A DNA stretch of 50,031 nucleotides from a virus (taxonomy: Duplodnaviria; Caudoviricetes): the IMG/VR virus record IMGVR_UViG_3300047561_001219, positions 1 to 50,031 of that record. The stretch is one strand, 5' to 3'. The notes under the pieces are model-generated. The model was given only the letters and a program-made list of their open reading frames with translations. It was not told the origin of the DNA and searched no databases. Numbering within the stretch: the stretch's first letter is position 1; each line of letters starts with the position of its first letter. The translations under genes and the position numbers were made by a program. This document shows positions 29,187 through 37,747 of this stretch, in pieces.

Positions 29187-29528
29187 ATGCCAGCTGCCTA
29201 CCAAAATTTTTACCTAGAACAAGGAACCTCATTTAGTACAACCATCACACTAGATGATGTATATGGTGACCTTTATGATTTGACTGGATATACAGCAAAT
29301 AGTCAAATTCGCAAATCCTATTATTCTGCCAATGCTACAGCGGCATTTCTGGCAATAGTTAATGCCAATACAGGCACAGTTTCATTGTCCATGGACACTC
29401 CCACAACATCAAACATAGCAGCTGGACGATATGTTTATGATACAATCATTAAAACACCTAGCGGTGATGCCACCAGAATTTTAGAAGGTGTCATTGATGT
29501 ATCTCCATCAGTTACAAGGACTAGTTAA
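29187..29528 (+). CDS. Small virion structural protein (Ig/BppU-N-like fibre anchor)
   Basis: LEQGTSF...DLTGYTA.SQIRKSY.S...GRYVYD...TRILEG.I.VSP.VT pattern seen in T4-like phage tail regions. Confidence 0.65.
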   Translation: MPAAYQNFYLEQGTSFSTTITLDDVYGDLYDLTGYTANSQIRKSYYSANATAAFLAIVNANTGTVSLSMDTPTTSNIAAGRYVYDTIIKTPSGDATRILEGVIDVSPSVTRTS

Positions 29529-29530
29529 TA

Positions 29531-29770
29531 ATGGCAATTGGTAATATCACCGTCACGGTAGGTAACGCTACAAATCCAAGAGCAACCGCCATTACCTATG
29601 GAAGTAGAACTTTAAAGAGTGCTACTGATTTAAATTTACAAGGCGTAGGTGATGGTTTTGCAATTATTTATCAAGCTAATACAAATACTTTTGTAACTTC
29701 AAATACTATTGCAGTAGCTCAAAATAGTGTTGCTGTAGCTTTGGCCAGTATTGATGGAGGCACATTTTAA
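29531..29770 (+). CDS. Small hypothetical fibre-linker protein ending in IDGGTF
   Basis: 79-aa ORF whose stop overlaps the next start (TAATG). Confidence 0.65.
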   Translation: MAIGNITVTVGNATNPRATAITYGSRTLKSATDLNLQGVGDGFAIIYQANTNTFVTSNTIAVAQNSVAVALASIDGGTF

Positions 29771-31371
29771 TGGCAAATACTTCGATTATACAGTTAAAAA
29801 GAAGTAATACGGTATTTTCTATGCCAGCAGCCAACACGTTGGCTCCTGGTGAATTAGCAGTTAATTTAACTGATGGCCGTCTATTTTTACAGTTAAATAA
29901 TGGTAGTGTAATTGATATTTCCTCTACGCCAGCTGGCAACACTTATTATGTTTCAACAACAGGTAACGACCAATACGATGGTAAAACTCCAGGTGCATCA
30001 AAAGCAACAGTTCGTGCAGCAGTAGCCGTAGCAATGCCAGGAGATACAGTTTTTATTCATAGCGGTACCTATACAGAAATTAATCCTATTATTATTCCAC
30101 AACAAGTACAAATTTGTGGTGCAGGTGAAAGAAATACAATTATTAAACCGGTTGATTCAACAAAAGATATTTTTTGGATGAACAACAATGCTTATGTAAC
30201 TGCTGTAAAATTTATTGATTATTCTGGTTCGGCAATTGCTTTTCCAGATTCAGTAATTGAAACTGGTACAGCACAAAGTGGTACTGCAACTACTGTTCGA
30301 TTAGCTTCAACTGCATCTTCTTATAATGATTATTATAACAGTATGCAAATTACTATTACAGCAGGTACTGGATCAAATCAAACCAGGACAATTAGTGCTT
30401 ATGACGGAAACACAAAAGTTGCTACTGTGAGTACTAATTTTATTACTTCTCCTGATAGTAGTTCTTCTTACAATCTTTTTATTCCATTGAGAACTTCACC
30501 AGCTTCTAGTACCACAAGATATACAACTTATATTACCGGCAGTCCATATATTTACAACTGTTCTTCCATTACTAGTCTTGGTGGAACAGGTTTAAAAATT
30601 GATGGACGAAAAGCAACTGGCAACAAGAGTATGATTTCATCACAATTTACTCAAGTAAATAATAATGGTATTGGCGTGCATATTTTAAATGATGGTTATT
30701 CACAATTAGTTTCTATCTATGGCATTTTTTGTGCTACTGCTTTTTTAGCTGAAACTGGTGGTTCTGCTTCAATGGGTAACTGTAACGTGAACTTTGGTAA
30801 TCGTGGCCTTGTTGCTAATGGTAAAGGTTCTCTTGCAATGACTGCGGTGTTGGACGGCACTCAAGCGGCCAACACCAATACATTAAATATTAAAACCATA
30901 GTTGCCAATTCAGCTTTTGTAACAGCAACAGTTCCATTTTCTAGTATGGTTATGAAAATTGTTGGAGATAATCCAGCCACATATTACACCGTTACATCTG
31001 CAACTCCATTAGGTGCAAACGGAAATAGTTCGGTTACATTTGCATTAAGTAATACAGAAATATTTGCTGATGGTACACAACTTAATTTTTACCAACAAAG
31101 TCAATTGAGGGCATCAGGACAAACCTTTGAGTTTGTTGGTGCAGGTACAACAATTAGTGCAATACCAAGATTGGGTGGTGTTGCAAATTCAGCCAATCAA
31201 ATTACGGCAATTGCAGAAGGTGCTATTTACGCCACGGCAACAGATGAATCTGGTAATTTTACCGTAGGCGACTTAGTACTTAATCAATCTACCGCAACTA
31301 TTGCTGGTAGGACATTCACAAAAAGTTTATTTGCAGAAATGACACCTTATATTTTAGCGCTCGAAGGATAA
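29770..31371 (+). CDS. Tail spike: Mtd_N-like N-terminus plus right-handed beta-helix (pectin lyase-like)
   Basis: IQLKRS...LAPGELAVNLTDGRLF; YYVSTTGND..DG......ATV.AA.....GDTVFIHSGTY.E beta-helix cap; SPYIYNCSS, SQFTQ.N..G.G. Confidence 0.75.
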   Translation: MANTSIIQLKRSNTVFSMPAANTLAPGELAVNLTDGRLFLQLNNGSVIDISSTPAGNTYYVSTTGNDQYDGKTPGASKATVRAAVAVAMPGDTVFIHSGTYTEINPIIIPQQVQICGAGERNTIIKPVDSTKDIFWMNNNAYVTAVKFIDYSGSAIAFPDSVIETGTAQSGTATTVRLASTASSYNDYYNSMQITITAGTGSNQTRTISAYDGNTKVATVSTNFITSPDSSSSYNLFIPLRTSPASSTTRYTTYITGSPYIYNCSSITSLGGTGLKIDGRKATGNKSMISSQFTQVNNNGIGVHILNDGYSQLVSIYGIFCATAFLAETGGSASMGNCNVNFGNRGLVANGKGSLAMTAVLDGTQAANTNTLNIKTIVANSAFVTATVPFSSMVMKIVGDNPATYYTVTSATPLGANGNSSVTFALSNTEIFADGTQLNFYQQSQLRASGQTFEFVGAGTTISAIPRLGGVANSANQITAIAEGAIYATATDESGNFTVGDLVLNQSTATIAGRTFTKSLFAEMTPYILALEG

Positions 31372-31375
31372 AAAA

Positions 31376-31714
31376 ATGGCAGCTATTCCATTAAATACGT
31401 TTAAAACAGTAACTTTAGATTTAACAACTGCACAGCAGACTGTGTACACCACTCCAGTTGGTGTGACCACCGTAGTTTTATTGGCTCAAGTATCAAATAT
31501 TAATACTACAAGTTCAATTACAGCTTCAGCAAATTTTATTAGAAGTCCAAACACTACGGCAATTATTAAAAACACTATTATACCAATTAATGATGCAGGT
31601 ACTTTGTTATCAGGAAAATTAATATTACAAACTGGAGATTCATTTACAGCCAGTTGTAGCACAAACAATTCAGGACAATTAATTTTGTCATATTTAGAAA
31701 CAGCAAATCAATAA
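31376..31714 (+). CDS. Small adaptor-like virion protein
   Basis: NTFK....VYT.P...T.VVL.AQVSN...IP....L..GKLILQTGD; related to 40935 and 42994 ORFs. Confidence 0.7.
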   Translation: MAAIPLNTFKTVTLDLTTAQQTVYTTPVGVTTVVLLAQVSNINTTSSITASANFIRSPNTTAIIKNTIIPINDAGTLLSGKLILQTGDSFTASCSTNNSGQLILSYLETANQ

Positions 31715-31720
31715 TAAAAT

Positions 31721-34700
31721 ATGACCAATAAATCAAGACTGGTTAGCGGTCGTGTACCCACAAGTAATTCCGCTAATGTATCTTCAGACAGATATCAATT
31801 TTTAGATTTAAGTTCAGCAGAACCAAATCTAGGCACCGCTAATGCGGGCTATATTCTTTCTTATAATCCGGCTTTTCCTGGTGGAAGAAACTGGATTGAT
31901 CCCACTAGTATTGCTTCTGGTAATAGTCAAGTTGCTCTTGAAGCAGCCAATGCTGCTTATGCGTTTGCTCAGACAGCATTTAGTCAAGCCAATTCTGCCA
32001 ATGTATTAGCACAGGCTGCTTACAACCAGGCCAATTCAGCGTATAACAAAGCCAATTCGGCTAATGTTTTAGCACAAACGGCATTTGATAGTTCTAACAC
32101 TAAATTCAGTTCTTCTGGTGGTAATATTAGTGGTGATGTTACCATCATTAACAATAAAAATTTAACTGTTTCTGGAAACTTGATAATTCAAGGTAATTTA
32201 GTTACTACAAACGTACAATCATTTACAGTAGCCGATCCATTAATTGTTTTAGGTTTAGGTAATTATACTAGTGACTTAAAAGATATTGGTTTTGCTTCTC
32301 ATTATAATAATGGAACAAATGCTCACACAGGTCTTGTTAGAGATTATGGTACAAAAGAATATATTTTCTTTCAAGGTTATACACCAGAACTTGATGCAAA
32401 CAATGAATTAAATATTGCTCATCCGAGTTTTGCCACGGCTAATGCAGTTGCAACTTATTTTAAAGGCAATTTAGTTGGTACTACTGCAGTAGTTAATAAC
32501 ATTGAACTAGGTGGATTTACTGCTGCAGCTTATAATCAAGCCAATACAGCAATAAACAATACAATATTATTAAGTGCCGTTAATGTGGCACAAAATGCCA
32601 ACATATCAATTGCTTTGGCCGGTGTTGTAGCAGCAAATGCCAATATTATTGCTTTGCAAGCTGGTCTCAATGCATCTAATAGTAATATTAGTTTCTTAAC
32701 TGGTTTTAGTCAAGGTGCCTACGATAAAGCTAATTCGGCTTATAATTATGCAAACACATTATCTGGTAGTATTTCAACATTTAGTCAAGGTGCTTACGAT
32801 AAAGCCAATGCGGCTAACGTATTAGCACAAGCTGCTTATAATCAAGCCAACACAGCATCGAGTAATACAATAGTTCTTGCTGCAATTAATGTATCTCAAA
32901 ATGCCAATATATTAATTGCTCAAGCAGGTGTTGCTGCAGCCAATTCAAACATTAGTTATTTAATAAACACATTTGTACCTGCAGCATACAATGCAGCCAA
33001 TACAGCACAACTACAAGCACTTAATGCTTTTGGTTTTGCTCAAGCATCTTACAATCAGGCAAATTCAGCTTATGGTATTGCTTTATCTGCTGGCATACAA
33101 GCAAACGTAGCCAACTCAATTGCAAATACGGCATTACAAAATACAGCAAGTATTGTTACTGCTGGTAATTTAACTGTATCTAATAATTTAACTGTAACAA
33201 ATAATGTAGCCGCAACAAATATTATTACTAATAGTGTAGTAATTAATAAAGTTGGTGGTGGTATTAGTGGTGCCAATACAATAAGTGCAAACACATTAAA
33301 TGTACTTAATGCAATTGTTACATCTAATACAGCATCATCTTCAAATATTACTGGTGCTTTATTAGTTACAGGTGGTGTAGGTGTTCAAGGTAATTTATAC
33401 GCTACTGCTGTATATTCGAACAATCAAATAGTTCTTACATCAGAACCTATTGGTCAAAATGCTTTCAACAAAGCCAATGCGGCCAATGTATTGGCTCAAG
33501 CAGCTTTTGATTATGCAAATGCTTCGTCTGGTGGTGCTTTAGCACAAGCTGCATTTAATAAAGCTAACGTTGCTAGTATTACTGCAAATGGCGCAGTACA
33601 GACTACAGGCGGTACAATTACAGGTACATTAAATGTTGCCAATATTATTGAAACCGGCAAAACAATAACTGTTGGTGCAAACACCACATTCAATACTAAT
33701 CCTTTACTTGCTAATAGTGGTATTGTAGTTGGTGCTTTAACTTATAAGTCCAATAGCATTTACTTTGATGGTGCAGTAGATTCTTTAACATTAAGTCCTG
33801 GTATTACAATAGGATCAAATCCATATACTGTTGAATTTTGGATGTATTTGTTGGACTCGAATATAACTACCACTCTTGGTGTTATAGGAACAAATACAAC
33901 TAATGCTTTCAATTTAAGATTAAATAGTAACACAGAAATTCAAATTGATAAATCATTTGCTAGCAATCAATTATTTACCATACCAACACTTCAAGCAAAT
34001 ACTTGGTATCACGTTGCGGCCGTTCGTGATGTTTCAAATCGTGAAACTGTTTTTATAAATGGTGTTCGTTCTTCAACTGGTTATGTAACAGATACTACTA
34101 ATTTTACTGGTCCCACTAATACAATTGCAGAAGATATTACTACTGCAAATTATACTCCGTATCTAAGTAACATTCGTATTGTTACCAATAATAATCTTTA
34201 TGACCCCACACAATCATCTGTAACTGTTCCAACTGGTATTTTAGGAACTGTTACTGGCACCAAATATTTGGGTGCTCAATATGGTGCATCATATGATGCT
34301 TCAGGCAATCAAACAATTACAGTAAATGGCGCTGCAAGAGCAGAATTTTTCTCACCATTTTATAATCCACCAGCAATTAGTTTGTTGTATGATGGTGCCA
34401 ATAATTGGTTTACTTATGGTGGTATAACTGCTAATAATTTCTATTCAAATAATATTAATTTATTAAATTATACACAAGCAGCTTTTGATACTGCCAATTT
34501 GGTTTATTCTGCTTCAGGTTCAGGATTTACTCAAGCGGCTTTTGATAAAGCAAATGCCGCTAATGTAATGGCACAATCGGCTTACAACCAAGCCAATACG
34601 GCTGGAGCCAATACAGTAGTATTAAAAGCAATTAATGTATCTCAAAATGCCAACATATCAATTGCTTTGGCCGGTGTTGCAGCAGCAAATGCTAATATTG

Positions 34701-35854
34701 CTATTGCTTTGGCTGGTCTCGATGCAGCCAATGCAAACATTGTAACTGCTCAAGCAGGTGTACAAGCAGCAATTGATAATATTGTTGCAATACTAGGTGT
34801 TGACGTATCACAAAATGCCAGAATTGATATTGCTTTAGCCGGAGTTGCTGCAGCCAATGCTAATATCATTGCACTATATGCTGGTAATGTGGCACAAAAT
34901 GCTAATATATCAATTGCTCAAGCAGGTGTAGTAGCTGCTAATGCCAATATTAGTTTCTTAACTGGTTTTAGTCAAGGTGCTTATGACAAAGCCAACACTA
35001 CTGCTACTGTAGCCAACAGCACTGCCGTTGTAGCTAACATTGTGGCTGCTGGTCTGATAGCAACCAACACCAATACAGCAATAGCATTGGCTGGTGTTGC
35101 TGCAGCCAATGCTAACATTTCATTCTTAACTGGCTTCAGTCAAGGTGCTTATGATAAAGCCAATGTGGCACAAGCTGGTCTGATAGCAACCAACACCAAT
35201 ACTGCTATAGCACTTGCTGGTGTTGCGGCAGCCAACTCCAATATTAGTTTCTTAACTGGCTTTAGTCAAGCGGCTTTTAATAAAGCCAATACAGCTAATG
35301 TAAAATACACAGAATCTAACACATATCCTGTTACGGCAAACGTAGGTGACCAATGGTACGACAGTTCTACCGATATTCTTTTTGAATATGTAACTGCCAA
35401 TGGTTCTTCTTTCTGGATTGACCAATCATCAGCTGCAATTTCTACTCAAGCAGGATATAATGTTAATGTTAGTGGTTTGCCTGTAAGGACAACTTTCTCA
35501 ATATCAACACCTTCAATTGCTAATAATACAACCGCAAATGTGGCCGTTAATACTTACAAAACATATGTTCTCTCTAAAGTATTAACAAATGCGGCCGCAT
35601 GGGTAAGAATATACACAGACGGAACATCTAGAACAAGTGATGCTGGAAGATCCGTTGGAAATGATCCGTTAGCCGGTTCTGGTGTAGTTGCTGAGATTCT
35701 GAACACTACAGGAACAACTCAGTTAATTACTCCAGGTGTAATTGGTTTCAACAACGATGCAACGGTCAATAATAATACTTATTTGGCAGTTACTAATTTA
35801 AGTGGAAGTACACAAGTAATTACCGTTACAATGACAATGTTACAGTTTGAGTAA
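31721..35854 (+). CDS. Long tail fibre 1: Ala/Asn heptad stalk, LamG/ConA-like lectin domain, C-terminal docking domain
   Basis: AQAAYNQAN and ISFLTGFSQGAYDKAN repeats; SIYFDG..YTVEFWMY..NTWYHVAAVR..VFING LamG pattern at ~33750-34280. Confidence 0.8.
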   Translation: MTNKSRLVSGRVPTSNSANVSSDRYQFLDLSSAEPNLGTANAGYILSYNPAFPGGRNWIDPTSIASGNSQVALEAANAAYAFAQTAFSQANSANVLAQAAYNQANSAYNKANSANVLAQTAFDSSNTKFSSSGGNISGDVTIINNKNLTVSGNLIIQGNLVTTNVQSFTVADPLIVLGLGNYTSDLKDIGFASHYNNGTNAHTGLVRDYGTKEYIFFQGYTPELDANNELNIAHPSFATANAVATYFKGNLVGTTAVVNNIELGGFTAAAYNQANTAINNTILLSAVNVAQNANISIALAGVVAANANIIALQAGLNASNSNISFLTGFSQGAYDKANSAYNYANTLSGSISTFSQGAYDKANAANVLAQAAYNQANTASSNTIVLAAINVSQNANILIAQAGVAAANSNISYLINTFVPAAYNAANTAQLQALNAFGFAQASYNQANSAYGIALSAGIQANVANSIANTALQNTASIVTAGNLTVSNNLTVTNNVAATNIITNSVVINKVGGGISGANTISANTLNVLNAIVTSNTASSSNITGALLVTGGVGVQGNLYATAVYSNNQIVLTSEPIGQNAFNKANAANVLAQAAFDYANASSGGALAQAAFNKANVASITANGAVQTTGGTITGTLNVANIIETGKTITVGANTTFNTNPLLANSGIVVGALTYKSNSIYFDGAVDSLTLSPGITIGSNPYTVEFWMYLLDSNITTTLGVIGTNTTNAFNLRLNSNTEIQIDKSFASNQLFTIPTLQANTWYHVAAVRDVSNRETVFINGVRSSTGYVTDTTNFTGPTNTIAEDITTANYTPYLSNIRIVTNNNLYDPTQSSVTVPTGILGTVTGTKYLGAQYGASYDASGNQTITVNGAARAEFFSPFYNPPAISLLYDGANNWFTYGGITANNFYSNNINLLNYTQAAFDTANLVYSASGSGFTQAAFDKANAANVMAQSAYNQANTAGANTVVLKAINVSQNANISIALAGVAAANANIAIALAGLDAANANIVTAQAGVQAAIDNIVAILGVDVSQNARIDIALAGVAAANANIIALYAGNVAQNANISIAQAGVVAANANISFLTGFSQGAYDKANTTATVANSTAVVANIVAAGLIATNTNTAIALAGVAAANANISFLTGFSQGAYDKANVAQAGLIATNTNTAIALAGVAAANSNISFLTGFSQAAFNKANTANVKYTESNTYPVTANVGDQWYDSSTDILFEYVTANGSSFWIDQSSAAISTQAGYNVNVSGLPVRTTFSISTPSIANNTTANVAVNTYKTYVLSKVLTNAAAWVRIYTDGTSRTSDAGRSVGNDPLAGSGVVAEILNTTGTTQLITPGVIGFNNDATVNNNTYLAVTNLSGSTQVITVTMTMLQFE

Positions 35855-35855
35855 T

Positions 35856-37733
35856 ATGAACGAATTAAACAAAATTAATTTTGGTTTAACTGAAATAACT
35901 GAAAATGACATAACGTTATTGAGTGATATTAAACCGCCTGATGAAAATGGCCACAATGAATATGCAGTAACATTAAAAGAACATGAAGATTTAAATAATT
36001 TTTATGATGATATGGAAACTCCAGGTGGCACAGAATATATTCCTGATAGAGCAATACCTGTTGTTGAAAGATTGCCATCAAGTAGAAATACTGTGTATCG
36101 TTTAAGTGAATCTGAAGCAAAACAAATAATATCTGATCCAAGAGTACTTGATGTTGATTTAACTGCTGAAGAAAAAGGTATTAAATATAAAACTCACAGA
36201 GTTATAAGTTCAAGCAATTTTGATAAATCTCAAACAGCCAATAATACAATGGTAAATTGGGGACTGTATCGATGTGTTACTGGTAATACTGTTTCTGGCT
36301 GGGGAAATGATAAAAATTCCGTAGGTTGGTCCTCCAACAACCAATCAGGTGCTGTATCAACCACATCTACCGGTAAATATGTAGATGTTGTTATTGTTGA
36401 TGCGCAAATTAATCCTGACCATCCAGAATTTGCCGTTAATGCTGACGGCACAGGCGGAACAAGAGTTATACAATATAATTGGTTTCAACACAATCTTCAA
36501 GTAACAGGAAATCCACCAACGTCTTACGTTTACAGAAGTGAACTTTACGGAGACCATGCTCATCATGTTGCCGGTACAGTTGCTGGAAATTCTCAAGGTT
36601 GGGCATCATCAGCAAACATCTATACCATTAATTTTGACACCGATCCATACAATTATCCATCTGCACAATTAGGTACAAAAGCTTTACAATATGTAAGACA
36701 GTTTCATTTAAACAAACCTATTAACCCTATTACTGGCAGAAAAAATCCTACTGTGTGTTGTAATAGTTGGGGTCCAAGTCCTCAAGGTGTTATTTTTGAG
36801 GCAGCAAACACTTCTCAGTTTCCAAGTCCAACAGTAACTTCTTACACTTATGCTGGCAACACTTATAATACCAGTAGGTGGGGTATTTTGCAATGGGCTT
36901 TTCCATCAACATACACATCACCATCAATTAATGGTACAGGTCTTTACATAACTTCAATGGGCCCCTATTTTTACTTTGTAGGTTGGGCACCTACCGATAC
37001 TGCAGGTAATGCTGATGTGATTGATGCACTAAATAGTGGAGTGGTTGTAATTGGCTCGGCAGGCAATGATGGTTCAATTATTTTAAACAGAAAAAGTTCT
37101 TTATCTACCAGTCATTATAATGATACTGCACTTTATGCAGGTGTTACCACATATTACACTAGACGAGGTATGTATTGGGCAGCATATGGCAACACTTCAA
37201 ATGCTATTATGGTAGGAGCATCTAGTCCACAAATAAGAGAAGGAAAAGATTATTATAGTAATACTGGAGATAGAATAGATATATGGGCACCAGGCAGTAA
37301 TATTATGAGCGCTTGGTGTTATTTAAGTAATACAGGCTCAGTAATAAGTAATACTGCACTTCTTCAAGCGGCTTCTTGTACCGCAGTTGTAGATTCAAGA
37401 AATTCTTCTTATTATTTAAATAAAGATTCAGGAACAAGTATGGCTTGTCCTCAAGTTGCTGGTGTGGCGGCTTGTATATTAGAAACTTATCCTAATTGGA
37501 ATAGTGCAAACATAATTAATTATTTAACTTTAACCGGAACAACTGGTCAATTAGCCAACACAGGAACTTTTGAGGGATATGGAAGTTCTTTTAATTTAAA
37601 TGCGGCACCAAATGTATTTTTAAAATATAATAAAGAAAGACAAGATAGTGGTAATATGTGGCCAAAAGAAAATGCTAATTTAAGACCAAGTCAAGGACAA
37701 TTATTTCCAAGACCAAGAATATACCAAATATAA
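35856..37733 (+). CDS. Subtilisin-like serine protease (S8), probably virion-associated
   Basis: Triad motifs VDVVIVD, DHAHHVAGTVAG, SGTSMACPQVAG and oxyanion SAGN; acidic N-terminal prodomain. ATG at 35856 preferred over the TTG at 35847. Confidence 0.9.
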   Translation: MNELNKINFGLTEITENDITLLSDIKPPDENGHNEYAVTLKEHEDLNNFYDDMETPGGTEYIPDRAIPVVERLPSSRNTVYRLSESEAKQIISDPRVLDVDLTAEEKGIKYKTHRVISSSNFDKSQTANNTMVNWGLYRCVTGNTVSGWGNDKNSVGWSSNNQSGAVSTTSTGKYVDVVIVDAQINPDHPEFAVNADGTGGTRVIQYNWFQHNLQVTGNPPTSYVYRSELYGDHAHHVAGTVAGNSQGWASSANIYTINFDTDPYNYPSAQLGTKALQYVRQFHLNKPINPITGRKNPTVCCNSWGPSPQGVIFEAANTSQFPSPTVTSYTYAGNTYNTSRWGILQWAFPSTYTSPSINGTGLYITSMGPYFYFVGWAPTDTAGNADVIDALNSGVVVIGSAGNDGSIILNRKSSLSTSHYNDTALYAGVTTYYTRRGMYWAAYGNTSNAIMVGASSPQIREGKDYYSNTGDRIDIWAPGSNIMSAWCYLSNTGSVISNTALLQAASCTAVVDSRNSSYYLNKDSGTSMACPQVAGVAACILETYPNWNSANIINYLTLTGTTGQLANTGTFEGYGSSFNLNAAPNVFLKYNKERQDSGNMWPKENANLRPSQGQLFPRPRIYQI

Positions 37734-37747
37734 AAACAGGATTATAA

